A DNA stretch of 64,000 nucleotides from Promethearchaeota archaeon (GCA_048941285.1 JBHLNS010000001.1:96001-160000); one strand, 5' to 3'. Shown: positions 1-10,865, numbered from the stretch's first letter. The notes: generated by a model not told the origin, from the letters alone. A program made the numbers and translations.

Positions 1-371
1 GTGTAGGATTTTTTGAAATCATTATAAATAAATATGGGAATTAGCGAAACCGAGATCCATATAATATATATAAAAATTAACTTAGGTAATATATCAAATA
101 AAGTGTAGTTTGCAAAAAATTGAACTATAACTTTTTGCTCAAAAGTTGTGTCGATATTAAAACTAAGATTAAATTGATAACCATAAAAATATATAATTAA
201 ATTTAATATCAGAGTTTGAATTAAGAAAATGACAAGTTTTTTCCTAAAAACATCAATAATCTTCATATATAATTATCTAAATATTTTAAAAAATAAAACT
301 CTTCTAAATAGATGATGAAAATAGTTTCACAAAAAAAAAGAAAAAAAATATTATTTCTAAATTCAATTTTC

Positions 372-1865
372 TCAAGTATTTTTTTTAATTATCCTCTTTT
401 CTATTAATATGATGGTAATTCCGATTAACGAGGCTATAGTTAGAATCTCAATCTGATATCCTGGAATTCCGAGTTTTTCTATGACACTAAAATAAGCAGT
501 AAAAACTGGATCATGTTGTAATGCTCCACCTTGTCCTTCACCATAGTCTGGATAACTTGTAATAAAGAAAGCCGCTGTTTTATTAGGTTGTAAGTCATTC
601 CAAACTCGTTCAAAAGGAATTCCATTAACAAACCTATTAGTTTGATTAATTGCATAGCAACAGATTAAGCGTCCAAATTCACCAACTAAAGGAAGCATTC
701 CAGATACAAACTCTATAAATTCATTATCAGCATTTACATCTAAACACTCATAAAGCACGTCTTTCTCCCCCATATCTGTTCCATTACGATGAGTTAAATG
801 ATAGGTTGGTTTTTGACTAAATTTAAAATCAAACGCATGAGCTCCACCTAAGGTGGTTTCAACAGTAGTTAATCCAGTTTTGTGAACGGTAGCATTAATT
901 TCACCAACTGCATGATCAGTTAATGACCAATCTTGTTCTGCCCATATAAATGACCAAGTACCTAAACACATTGCCCAATACTCTGGCATATACCCTTCTT
1001 CGCCAGGAAAGACTTCAACCCACGGATCTGTCTGATTATCTCTATGCATTAGCGTATCAAGTTTTCCTGTTTCATAATTTTGACTTAGAGTAGCAACACC
1101 TAATGCAGTATCAATATCTAGAGAATATTCGTAATATACAAATGTTTGGTTTCCAATTACCTGTGATCCATCGATATAAGACCCTGGATCAGAGTAATTA
1201 AAACCCCATTCAAACCCAAAGCCTGTTGGAGTATGGTTTATTTTAGGAACATAAAAGACTATATCAGTATAATTATAACCCCATTTATAACTCACAATTG
1301 AACCACTTACTGTGCGGTGCATATGGGTTATTTTAGTTTCAGGATTCGACTTAATTCCTACAATCTCTCTCAATTCTGTATTATTTGAGCCCATATAAAA
1401 AAATGGAGTAATTTCTTCACCATCTTCATATGCATCTGTATTATTTTTATCAGCAAATCCGAACCAAGCGCAATGCATTGAAGCAATATAAATTTCTGAA
1501 CCGTTTAGATAAGCATGTTGCCACCACATTTGTGCAGGTGTAGTATAAATTACACGTTCACCACCTTCTTCCAGTTCTTTGTCAATAAAAGCTAGCATAC
1601 CCATCTCAAAATTCCCTTCTTTCATCCATTTCATATTCCAGGTATTATCCTGCCAAGATACTTCGGGTCTTACTTCTGGATGATCCCAATGAGAATTATT
1701 ATAAATGTCCTCATCCCAATAGTTTTCATCAAATGTACGGTCATTAAAAGCATCTTCAGGATTTGGGGGGCCTTCTTGTGCCTTTGCATTAAACGTTATT
1801 AATCCCAATATAAGAATAAATCCAAAAATTAAAGTTAAAATTCTACTCTTGTGATAGGATTTCAT
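372..1865 (-). CDS. Secreted/cell-surface protein with signal peptide and C-terminal IPGY + transmembrane + basic tail (Loki-CTERM-like sorting signal)
   Basis: N-terminal K/R + hydrophobic stretch ending AKA-Q; C-terminus GIPGYQIEILTIASLIGITIILIEKRIIKKNT. Confidence 0.7.
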   Translation of the reverse strand: MKSYHKSRILTLIFGFILILGLITFNAKAQEGPPNPEDAFNDRTFDENYWDEDIYNNSHWDHPEVRPEVSWQDNTWNMKWMKEGNFEMGMLAFIDKELEEGGERVIYTTPAQMWWQHAYLNGSEIYIASMHCAWFGFADKNNTDAYEDGEEITPFFYMGSNNTELREIVGIKSNPETKITHMHRTVSGSIVSYKWGYNYTDIVFYVPKINHTPTGFGFEWGFNYSDPGSYIDGSQVIGNQTFVYYEYSLDIDTALGVATLSQNYETGKLDTLMHRDNQTDPWVEVFPGEEGYMPEYWAMCLGTWSFIWAEQDWSLTDHAVGEINATVHKTGLTTVETTLGGAHAFDFKFSQKPTYHLTHRNGTDMGEKDVLYECLDVNADNEFIEFVSGMLPLVGEFGRLICCYAINQTNRFVNGIPFERVWNDLQPNKTAAFFITSYPDYGEGQGGALQHDPVFTAYFSVIEKLGIPGYQIEILTIASLIGITIILIEKRIIKKNT

Positions 1866-2130
1866 TTTTATAGTGTCCTTTTTTCAAATTAAAGTTTATT
1901 TAAAATAACAAAAACAAATTTGTCTATTTAAATCTAATTGAAATTTAAAAATGCCCAAAACAGTAAAATTTTTAATATTTGCTATCTTTTAATACGTACA
2001 GTGGAAGACTCGTATTCTTATTTTTTTAATATGGCATATTATAACCATTATAAAGGATGTTTTCTCCCATGAATTGTGTTTCTTTTTCAAATTCTATTTA
2101 TGAAAGTATTATTTTGGAGGTATTTAGTTT

Positions 2131-5124
2131 ATGAGTTATACGTTTTCAAGAACAAAAATGATTGAAAAGATCAAGTTTGGACTTCTAAGCCCTGATGAAA
2201 TCCGAAAAATGTCAGCAGCCCGTATTATAACTGCTGATACATATGATGAAGATGGATTACCTATACCATCTGGATTAATGGACCAACGATTAGGTACCAT
2301 CGAACCTGGGCAACGTTGTCAAACTTGTGGGAATTTAGTAAGTAACTGTATGGGCCATTTCGGGCATTGTTAGAAACAATTAGATTCTAACGCCTAAATC
2401 GAATTAGCCCGTCCAGTTATTCATGTAGGTTATGCTAAAAAAGTCTTAAAAGTTTTACGTAGTATTTGTCCAGAATGTTCACGTTTGATGCTTACAGAGG
2501 AGGAAAAAGAGAAATTTAGAGTAGAACAAGTTAAACACCGAAAAATCTTTTTTGAAGGAGATGAAGACGCGGCAAAAATTGTCTTTAAACGAGCAAGAAA
2601 AGCAAAAAATTGCCCTTATTGCGAGGCAAAAAAGAAAAAAATAATTATTGAAAAGCCGACAACTTTTTATGAGGAAGAAGAAGGGAAAGGTTCACGGAGA
2701 ATAACTCCTATTGAAATATTAGAACGATTAAAAAAGATGAGTGATGTGGATCTTAGGATCCTTGGAATTTCTCCTGAAAATGCTCGTCTTGAATGGGTTG
2801 TTTTTACAGTTTTACCAATTCCCCCCGTATGTGCTAGACCCTCTATTACATTAGATAGTGGTATTCGATCTGAAGATGATTTAACACATAAATTAGTTGA
2901 CGTTATTAGAATTAACCAACGATTAAGAGAAAATATCGATGCTGGAGCACCTCATTTAATAGTCGAAGACCTGTGGGAGTTATTACAATATCATATTACA
3001 ACTTATTTTGATAATCAAGTATCTGGTATACCTCCTGCTAGACATCGATCCGGTAGAGCACTTAGAACCTTAACTCAGAGATTAAAAGGTAAGGAGGGAA
3101 GATTTAGAAGTAACTTGAGTGGAAAACGAGTCGATTTCTCTGCCCGTAGTGTAATATCCCCAAATCCTTATATTAGTATTAATGAGGTTGGTGTTCCAAT
3201 TGAAATCGCAAAAATTTTAACTATACCTACCAATGTTAATGATTGGAATATTGAAGAAATGAAACAGATGGTTTTGAATGGGCCTTTTAAACACCCTGGA
3301 GCAAATTATATTATAAGAAATGATCGTAGAAGAATTGACCTGCGATATGTCAAAAATCGGAAGATTATAGCTGACATGCTTGCTCCAGGTTTTACAATTG
3401 AGCGCCATTTAAATAATGGAGATTTAGTATTATTTAATCGCCAACCATCTCTTCATAGAATGTCGATAATGGCTCATGAAGTAAAAATAATGAAAGGAAG
3501 AACATTCCGGTTAAACCTAACAGTATGCCCGCCATATAATGCTGATTTTGACGGAGATGAAATGAACCTTCACGTACCTCAAAGCGAGGAAGCCCGTACA
3601 GAAGCAGAGCTATTGCTAAAAGTTCAAGAACATATACTGTCTCCAAGATTTGGTGGGCCAATATTAGGTGGTATTCAAGATTTTATTTCAAGCGTATTCC
3701 AATTTACAAGTAAAGAGTCTGTATACACTAAAAAGGATACTTTAAAATTGTTATATACTGGAGATGTATTTAAAAACAATCCTAAATTTAGCTTGGATCA
3801 ACTAACTCCTGTGTTATTTGACCCAGAACCAATGTATTCTGGAAAAGATATCTTCAGTACTTTATTTCCAGATGATCTAAATATTAAAGTTAAATCAAAA
3901 TTTTGTAAAAAATGTAAGGTATGTGAAAAAGAAGATTGCCCCTATGATGCTTATGTTGTAATAAAAAATGGAAATTTAATTACTGGAACTATTGATGAGA
4001 ATTCTTTTGGAGCTATGCAATCAAACAGTATTTTACAACGTATTATTAAGGATCATGGTAACGCACGAGGAAGAATATTCTTAGACAGTGCAACCAAGAT
4101 GCTATTATATGTTATTCGACAGAATGGAATGACAATGGGATTGGATGAAGTATATGTCCATGGTCATGCTTATGAAGCAATCCAAAAAATATTAGAAGAA
4201 GCAAATAAAGAATCTGAAAAATTAATTAACGCATTTTATGAAAATGATACAAAAATTCTTAGAAGAGCTCCTGGTCGTTCAATGAGGGAAACTTTAGAGT
4301 TAAGAATCCGCCAAGTATTGGCAGAAGCTAGAAAAAAAGCAGAAGAAACAGCAGCAGAATTCATTGGAGATGAAGCTCATTCTGTCATTATGACTAAATC
4401 TGGAGCTAGAGGTAATATATTAAATCTTGGACAGATGTCTGCTGTAGTAGGACAACAAGCAATTAGAGGAGAAAGAATTAATAGAGGATATAGTATGAGA
4501 ACGCTCCCTCATTTTAAAATTAATGATTTATCCCCTAAATCGCGAGGTTTTGTTTCTTCATCTTATAGAAATGGATTAAAACCAGAAGAATTCTTTTTTC
4601 ATGCTATGGGAGGAAGAGAAGGATTAGTAGATACAGCTGTAAGAACATCCACATCTGGATATATGCAACGTAGATTGGTAAATGCATTACAGGATATGGT
4701 TGTTGAAAATGATGGCACTGTTCGAAATTCTGATAAAAATATAATCCAGTTCTGTTTTGGAGATGACGGCATTGATGCAATGCACACTGATCATGGTGCT
4801 GCGGTGAACTTGGACGTTTTGTTATTAAAAGCAAAAGCTCTAAATGTTAATGAAGTGCGTGAAGAGATTAAAAAGGGCACTTCAACAAAAAAACTTGAAC
4901 CTAAGAAAAAAGATGAATCTAAGAAAAAAGATGAATCTAAGAAAAAAGATGAATCTAAGAAAAAAATAGCAGAAGAACCTAAATCTGAAGCAGAACCTGA
5001 AAAAGAAGAATTAGATGAAGATTTTTTAAAACAACAATTTGAACAAGAAACTGGGAAAAATGCAGTTTGGCGTGGTAAAGAAACCAATGCATACCTAGAA
5101 TGGAAAGAAAAAAGAATAAAATAA
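2131..5124 (+). CDS. rpoA1: DNA-directed RNA polymerase subunit A' (Rpo1N), join(2131..2367,2398..5124), about 987 aa after removal of a 30-nt intron
   Basis: [35 protein letters not shown]|[34 protein letters not shown]; the ORFs at 2131 and 2485 are in the same frame, separated only by stops inside the insert. Confidence 0.97.
2368..2397 (+). other. Putative BHB/BHL (tRNA-type) mRNA intron in rpoA'
   Basis: Helix GGGC(2362-65)/GCCT(2392-95), bulges AT^T(2366-68) and AA^A(2396-98), inner stem GTTAGAA/TTCTAAC with 9-nt loop; contains in-frame TAG and TAA; removal gives GGG CAT ATC GAA (G-H-I-E). Confidence 0.88.
4903..4965 (+). repeat. 18-bp coding tandem repeat (AAGAAAAAAGATGAATCT x3.5; KKKDES) in the rpoA' C-terminal tail
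   Basis: Identical units start at 4903, 4921 and 4939, with a partial unit at 4957. Confidence 0.95.
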
Positions 5125-5153
5125 AAAATTTTTAAAATAAAAGGAAGATGTAA

Positions 5154-6359
5154 ATGGCAAAAGTAACCCCAAAGTTTTTAGATGACCAGTTAAAAATCCT
5201 AAAAGAAGATGGTATTCCTGAAGATCTGATAGATAGAATAAGAGAAAAAGTAAAAGAAGAAGATTTAGAGGTAGAACAATTAGAATATCTCTTAAATAAA
5301 ATCTATATTAACTTTAATAATGCCATTGTAGAAACTTCAGAACCTGTTGGTACTGTAGCCGCACAATCAATAGGTGAACCCGGAACACAAATGACTCTGC
5401 GAACCTTTCACTATGCGGGAGTAGAAGAGTTCTCTGTCACACAAGGATTACCTCGGTTAATAGAAATCGTAGATGCGCGGCGCTTTCCAAGTACACCACA
5501 AATGTCTGTATATCTTGAAAAACCATATTCAGAATCTGAAGACAAGGCAATCGATGTGCATAATCGAATCGAACAAATTCGTATAGAACAAATTATTCAT
5601 GATATCGATTTAGATTTTGTAAATTGGAATATAGTAATTAACTTAATCCCTGAAATTTGTGAAAAAAAGGGGATTGACATTAATGAAATACCAGAAATTC
5701 TAAAACGTTATAAGAAGAAAGGAACAATAAGACGTGAAGGCAATTCTATTATTATCGATCCTGGTATAGAAGATCTACAAAGTCTCCAAAAATTAAGAGA
5801 AAAGATTCTAAAAAAGGTTGTAAAAGGAATAAGAGGTGTAAAAAGGGGTTTATTAACTCCTTCAGATGATGGAGAAGAATGGATAATTAAGACAGAAGGT
5901 ACTAATATGCAAAGTGTTATCCAAATTGAAGGAGTTGATGTAACGAAAACTGTATCAAATCATATCCATGAGATAGAAAAACTATATGGAATCGAAGCAG
6001 CACGCCAGATGATAATATTAGAATCTCAAAAAGTGCTTGAACAACAAGGATTAGATGTAGATTTAAGACATCTCTTGATTTTAGCTGATCTAATGTGTTA
6101 TTCCGGATCAATACAATCTATTGGGAGGCATGGAATCTCAGGTTCAAAATCAAGTGTATTTGCGAGAGCTGCTTTTGAAGTCACAGTTAATCAACTGCTT
6201 GATGCAGGTCTCTATGGAGAGGAAGAACGCCTTTTGGGTATTCCCGAGAATGTAATTGTAGGCCAAATTAGCCCTATCGGATCAGGCCGTGTTAATGTAA
6301 TGTTTGACCTAGACGCTAATTTAGAATTATTAAAAAAGAAAAAAAAAAGAGAAAGTTAA
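5154..6359 (+). CDS. rpoA2: DNA-directed RNA polymerase subunit A'' (Rpo1C)
   Basis: [52 protein letters not shown]. Confidence 0.97.
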   Translation: MAKVTPKFLDDQLKILKEDGIPEDLIDRIREKVKEEDLEVEQLEYLLNKIYINFNNAIVETSEPVGTVAAQSIGEPGTQMTLRTFHYAGVEEFSVTQGLPRLIEIVDARRFPSTPQMSVYLEKPYSESEDKAIDVHNRIEQIRIEQIIHDIDLDFVNWNIVINLIPEICEKKGIDINEIPEILKRYKKKGTIRREGNSIIIDPGIEDLQSLQKLREKILKKVVKGIRGVKRGLLTPSDDGEEWIIKTEGTNMQSVIQIEGVDVTKTVSNHIHEIEKLYGIEAARQMIILESQKVLEQQGLDVDLRHLLILADLMCYSGSIQSIGRHGISGSKSSVFARAAFEVTVNQLLDAGLYGEEERLLGIPENVIVGQISPIGSGRVNVMFDLDANLELLKKKKKRES

Positions 6360-6461
6360 CCAAAAACTTTTAATTTAGATGAATTAACTTAAACGTGCCA
6401 AAAAAAAATTAAAAAAGTATCCTTCTTATTACTTATTATATAGAAACTGTTTGAATATACC

Positions 6462-6836
6462 ATGGCAAAGAGAAAAACTAAAAATTCCGTCGAGAAAGTT
6501 GATCTTAGTCGGAAAAAAACAAAGGAATTTGATGTAGACACCAATATTAAGGTAGCATATAAAACTGGTAAAATTATTTTTGGTAAGAGTCAAGTTCTTA
6601 AAAGTTTACATAGAGAAAATCCCTATAAAATGCTTATTGTAAGCGATAATTGCCCAAATGAATTGATGGATGAATTAGATAATTTTAATTATCTCCATAA
6701 AGACAAAATTTTTATTTATAAATATAAAGGTTCAAGTTGGGACTTAGGCTTAGCATGTGCTAAACCTTACATGATCTCTATTATAGGTGTAATTGATTTT
6801 GGAGATTCAGACTTAATTTCTTTAAAAACTAAATGA
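6462..6836 (+). CDS. rpl30e: 50S ribosomal protein L30e
   Basis: KTGKIIFG, YKGSSWDLGLACAKPY; canonical position after rpoA''. Confidence 0.9.
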   Translation: MAKRKTKNSVEKVDLSRKKTKEFDVDTNIKVAYKTGKIIFGKSQVLKSLHRENPYKMLIVSDNCPNELMDELDNFNYLHKDKIFIYKYKGSSWDLGLACAKPYMISIIGVIDFGDSDLISLKTK

Positions 6837-6867
6837 TATTAATAATCACTAGAGTTTTGATTTTTTC

Positions 6868-7344
6868 ATGTTAAAAAAAAATATAAAAATTGATCGGGAA
6901 GCAATGGAACTGATTTCACTATTTAATAATATCTCTGGTGCCATTATTAAAGATTGTCTTACCTTTAAATCTCCTGAAAATGGCTCTGAAATCATTATAT
7001 TTTTAGTAAAAGAAGAAGATGTTGGAAAAGCTATTGGTAAATCTGGTGAACACGTTAAAGATTTAAAGTCTAAACTCCAAAAAAAGATTGATGTAATTGC
7101 TTTCTCAGAAAACTTAAATAAATTTATTCAAAATATCTTACAGACTACAAAAAATACCATAATGGTTCAAAATATTGAAATAAAAGAAAATAGAAATCAA
7201 AAGAAAACGGTTGTAATAACTGTAAGGCCTCAAGATCGTGGAAAAGCTATTGGAAAGGATGGTTCCATGATAAGAAAAATTAAAGAATTAGTTTTAAGAT
7301 ATTTCGAAGTTGATAATGTAATCATTAATACTAAAAATATCTAA
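6868..7344 (+). CDS. nusA: Archaeal NusA (two KH domains)
   Basis: GKAIGKSG and GKAIGKDG KH motifs; operon position. Confidence 0.93.
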   Translation: MLKKNIKIDREAMELISLFNNISGAIIKDCLTFKSPENGSEIIIFLVKEEDVGKAIGKSGEHVKDLKSKLQKKIDVIAFSENLNKFIQNILQTTKNTIMVQNIEIKENRNQKKTVVITVRPQDRGKAIGKDGSMIRKIKELVLRYFEVDNVIINTKNI

Positions 7345-7416
7345 AACCTACCTCCAACTATACATAAATTTTAAGTTTAAAGAAACATTTTTTTTCCTAC
7401 TAAAGTTAAAAAGTAG

Positions 7417-7857
7417 GTGTTATTAATAGCTCCTAAAGGGTTATATGCTGCAAGAAAACTTAAAATAGTCCGAAAAAAATACCGATGGTCTAAAACAAAA
7501 TACAAAAGAAGAAAGCTTCAATTAAAGAAGAAGGTAGACCCATTGGAGGGGTCATGCCAAGCTCTTGGGATTGTCCTACAAAAAGTTGGCAGAGAGAGTA
7601 AACAACCCAACTCAGCAATTAGAAAGTGCGTAAGAGTTCAATTAAAAAAAAATGGAAAAGGAGTAACAGCCTTCCTACCGGGAGACGGAGCTCTCAATTT
7701 TATAGAAGAACACGACAGAGTAATTGTTGAGGGAATTGGAGGAGCAAAAGGACGTTCCATAGGAGATCTCCCTGGGGTTCGCTATAAAGTGGTAAAAGTT
7801 AATGGAGTAAGTCTTGATGCACTTTTAGCTGGAAAGAAAGAGAAGCCACTCCGATAA
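7417..7857 (+). CDS. rps12: 30S ribosomal protein S12 (uS12); true start may be ATA at 7426
   Basis: [34 protein letters not shown]. Confidence 0.97.
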   Translation: MLLIAPKGLYAARKLKIVRKKYRWSKTKYKRRKLQLKKKVDPLEGSCQALGIVLQKVGRESKQPNSAIRKCVRVQLKKNGKGVTAFLPGDGALNFIEEHDRVIVEGIGGAKGRSIGDLPGVRYKVVKVNGVSLDALLAGKKEKPLR

Positions 7858-7870
7858 GAGGTTATAAGAT

Positions 7871-8488
7871 ATGAGTAAGGATAAGAGCGAAATAAAATTA
7901 TTTAATAAATGGTCTTTTAAAGACATTACAGTTGATGATATTACACTTGAAAATTATATAAATTTAAAACCTATTATTGTTCCACATTCAGCTGGAAGAC
8001 ATGAACATAAAAGATTCTGGAAATCATCTAAAGTTTCAATAATTGAGAGATTTAATAATAGATTGCTTTCTCCTGGATTTATTAGTGGAAAAATTAGGGG
8101 TCATAAAAGTTCATATAATTCTGGTAAAAAATTCAAATTATTAAGAAGTCTCGAGGATGCATTCACTTTAATCGAGTTACTTACTGGCCAAAATCCAATA
8201 CAAGTCTTAGTAGATGCTATAATTAATACCGCACCTAGAGAAGAAACCACCAAAATTGCGATGGGAGGAATTAGTTATGCATCAGCAGTGGATATCGCGC
8301 CCCAGCGTCGAATTGATTTAGCAATCAAGTATCTTGTTCAAGCAATTGGTGCAAGATCTCATGGTAATGTTAAACAGTTTGAAGAAAATCTCGCTCAAGA
8401 ATTAATGTTAGCAGCAAATAATAGTCAAGAATCTCGAGCTGTGAAGAGAAAAGATGAAATAGAAAGAATTGCTGTTTCTGCGAGATAA
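7871..8488 (+). CDS. rps7: 30S ribosomal protein S7 (uS7)
   Basis: KLFNKWS, NPIQVLVDAIIN.APREE, AVDIAPQRR, ERIAVSAR. Confidence 0.97.
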   Translation: MSKDKSEIKLFNKWSFKDITVDDITLENYINLKPIIVPHSAGRHEHKRFWKSSKVSIIERFNNRLLSPGFISGKIRGHKSSYNSGKKFKLLRSLEDAFTLIELLTGQNPIQVLVDAIINTAPREETTKIAMGGISYASAVDIAPQRRIDLAIKYLVQAIGARSHGNVKQFEENLAQELMLAANNSQESRAVKRKDEIERIAVSAR

Positions 8489-8553
8489 GATTTTTTCTTA
8501 TAATACTAATTTTGAAATAAATTGTACAAAAATAATAAAAAAAATTTAATTAT

Positions 8554-8700
8554 TTAGTTTTGGGAAGCCCCACAAATACCACAAAATTTAGCTTCTGGAT
8601 TTGAAACACTACCACATTCATGACAGAAATTAACTTGACTATTAGATTTTGAAATTTTTGAAATCGAAATAAGGCAAAAATAACTTATATTGGTGAGATT
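8554..8700 (-). pseudogene. Orphan zinc-ribbon coding fragment without a clear start
   Basis: Minus strand reads ..SQVNFCHECGSVSNPEAKFCGICGASQN*; the upstream frame is closed by TAA near 8735 with no ATG. Confidence 0.45.
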
Positions 8701-8891
8701 TAGAACCAGAATTTATTATATATAAATAAAATTTTAGTTTGGAATTATTTCTTTTATAATTTTGTTTAGTATCACCCTCATATTATCTTTATTGATTGGT
8801 AAGCTAGAAAATTTCTAAATTTTTAAATAGTTAAAAAGAATATTATTTAGTTAAGCAGAATTAAAGAATCAGAACAGGGTCAATAAATAAA

Positions 8892-10865
8892 GTGGAAGCC
8901 GACAAAAACCATAAAATTTTAGAGAAGCAACTGAAAACTTTAGGCCAAAAGGTAAGGATTGACATTCTAAAAAAGTTAAAAAACACACAAACCCCCTTAT
9001 CATTCTCAAGGATACAAAAAGAAATTTTAGGAAATGAACTCACGTCAGTTAACTTGTCTTTTCATTTAAATAACTTAAAAAAATGTAAATTGGTTGATTC
9101 TTCTGAAGAAGGATATTCAATTACATTTTTAGGAGAACAAATTATAGATAAAATTCTATCTATTGAGCAAATTTTAAATGAGCAAAATCAAACAAGAATG
9201 ATCAGAACTTCAAAATATTCAAAAGAACTTTTTGATGCCAGTAAGATTGAAGAATATTTAGTTAATGAAGGTGAATTGGAACGTTATTTAGCTAGACAAA
9301 TTGCTCGCGAAGTAAAGGAACGTCTATCTAAAACTAATATAGAGTATTTAACTGCTCCTTTAATGAGGGAATATATTAATGCAATTCTGTTAGAAAACGG
9401 TTTAGAAGAAGTAAGACATAAGTTAACTCGATTAGGAACTCCTCCTTTTGAGGTAGCAAAATTATTTGATTCCCGTGAAAATGAGATCAACCCTAAGAAT
9501 TTTATTGAAAAATTGGGTTCTGATGTTTCAGAGCAATTTTTACTTCTAAATCTATTACCAAAAAAGTTAGCCGATTTATATCTATCTGGCGAAATTGCTC
9601 TTTTGCATTTAAATTATTGGGCGTTAAGGCCCTTAAGTCTCTATGTAGATACAAAAACCTTAATCAATTATGTTTTCAAGAAAGAAAAAATAGTTAAACA
9701 AAAAATTGAAAAAGATAATAATCATTCGGAATTTACTATTCAATTCTTAGATCTCTTATATTTATTAAAACAATTCTGCTCTGAAGATCTAGTCCTAGGT
9801 AATTTTAACAATCAATTCCTCTCTTCATTTCCACTCACCAAAGCAATTTCTTCTGACTTTTTTTTATTAACTTCTCAAATACTTAGATTTAATAATTTCT
9901 TTAATAAGAAAAAGCCCTCTCTAACACTTGAGTTCAATTATAAAGGGAGTTCTTTAAATCAGATTGTTATTGATGAAGCTTTTCTTAAATTATTAGATAA
10001 GAAATGTAAGGATCTTATCAAACCTTTATTTTTATTCGATTACTCATCTTTATTTCCTTCAAAGTTAAGAAGTAATAACATTTCTGATTTAATTCTTAAT
10101 AATTTCAAAGATAATGTAATATTATATAATAATATTTATTCAAATTTATTTAATTCAACCATAATCCAGATCCCGAATCCACAAATAAATCAAGTTATTT
10201 TAGATAAGATCTTAATTAATTTGCCTCTCATTTCAGTTCAAGCTAAGCAAAACGATGAAAAATTCTTTGAATTATTAATTGAAAAATTAAACGCTGTTTT
10301 TGAATTGTTTGACTATAAAGAGAAATTAGTACAGAAGAAATTAAGTTCGCTTGCGCAATGGGATTTGATTATATCAAATATTTTCAATAGTACTAAAAAA
10401 CTTGTATTTAAAAATGCTCTAAAATCTATTAGTTTTTTTGGTTTTAATGAAGCGGTTTTAAATCACTGTGGAATCGAACTTGATAGAACAAAGAGTAGTG
10501 AATCTTTTGCTCTAAAGATTTTAGCTTTAATGAAAAACACTATAAAGGAAAAAAACAATATCAGCGGAGATAATTTTGTTTTAAGTCAACCACATTATGA
10601 TTCCTATTTACAAGAATCTTGGCATAATGGTATAACACAATACAACCAAAAATTAAGGGGTTATTCCTCAAAGCTGATAAGAAATAATTCGAATCTATCT
10701 CTTAATAGAAAAATCAAGATATTTAAAAAATTTCAAAGAATTATAGACGAAGGCGCTTTATTTACGATTAAACTTAACAATGAAGAGAATAACGTAGATG
10801 AGTTTATAAAAATGATAATGGAATCAAAAATAAGTGCTGTCTCTTTACGAGATTGTATATGGTGA
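8892..10865 (+). CDS. ArsR-type wHTH + ATP-cone + degenerate class III ribonucleotide reductase (NrdD-like) domain
   Basis: RIDILKKL..LSFSRI..LSFHLNNL..GYSIT..G (wHTH); IRTS..FDASKI..LTAPLMREYINAILLE.GLEE.R..LTRLG.P (archaeal NrdD ATP cone); LADLYLSGEIALLHL; lacks the C-terminal CxxC/RxxGY region. Confidence 0.75.
   Translation: MEADKNHKILEKQLKTLGQKVRIDILKKLKNTQTPLSFSRIQKEILGNELTSVNLSFHLNNLKKCKLVDSSEEGYSITFLGEQIIDKILSIEQILNEQNQTRMIRTSKYSKELFDASKIEEYLVNEGELERYLARQIAREVKERLSKTNIEYLTAPLMREYINAILLENGLEEVRHKLTRLGTPPFEVAKLFDSRENEINPKNFIEKLGSDVSEQFLLLNLLPKKLADLYLSGEIALLHLNYWALRPLSLYVDTKTLINYVFKKEKIVKQKIEKDNNHSEFTIQFLDLLYLLKQFCSEDLVLGNFNNQFLSSFPLTKAISSDFFLLTSQILRFNNFFNKKKPSLTLEFNYKGSSLNQIVIDEAFLKLLDKKCKDLIKPLFLFDYSSLFPSKLRSNNISDLILNNFKDNVILYNNIYSNLFNSTIIQIPNPQINQVILDKILINLPLISVQAKQNDEKFFELLIEKLNAVFELFDYKEKLVQKKLSSLAQWDLIISNIFNSTKKLVFKNALKSISFFGFNEAVLNHCGIELDRTKSSESFALKILALMKNTIKEKNNISGDNFVLSQPHYDSYLQESWHNGITQYNQKLRGYSSKLIRNNSNLSLNRKIKIFKKFQRIIDEGALFTIKLNNEENNVDEFIKMIMESKISAVSLRDCIW

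Noticed and set aside
126-150. Inverted repeat AACTTTT-TGCTC-AAAAGTT
   Set aside because: Single AT-rich hairpin with no second copy seen; cannot distinguish operator, terminator or chance
2368-2397. Stop-codon readthrough (pyrrolysine/recoding) or intein as the explanation of the rpoA' break
   Set aside because: Two different stops (TAG, TAA) lie in the insert, readthrough would add 10 aa inside a Zn-binding motif, and inteins cannot contain stops; BHB geometry explains it exactly
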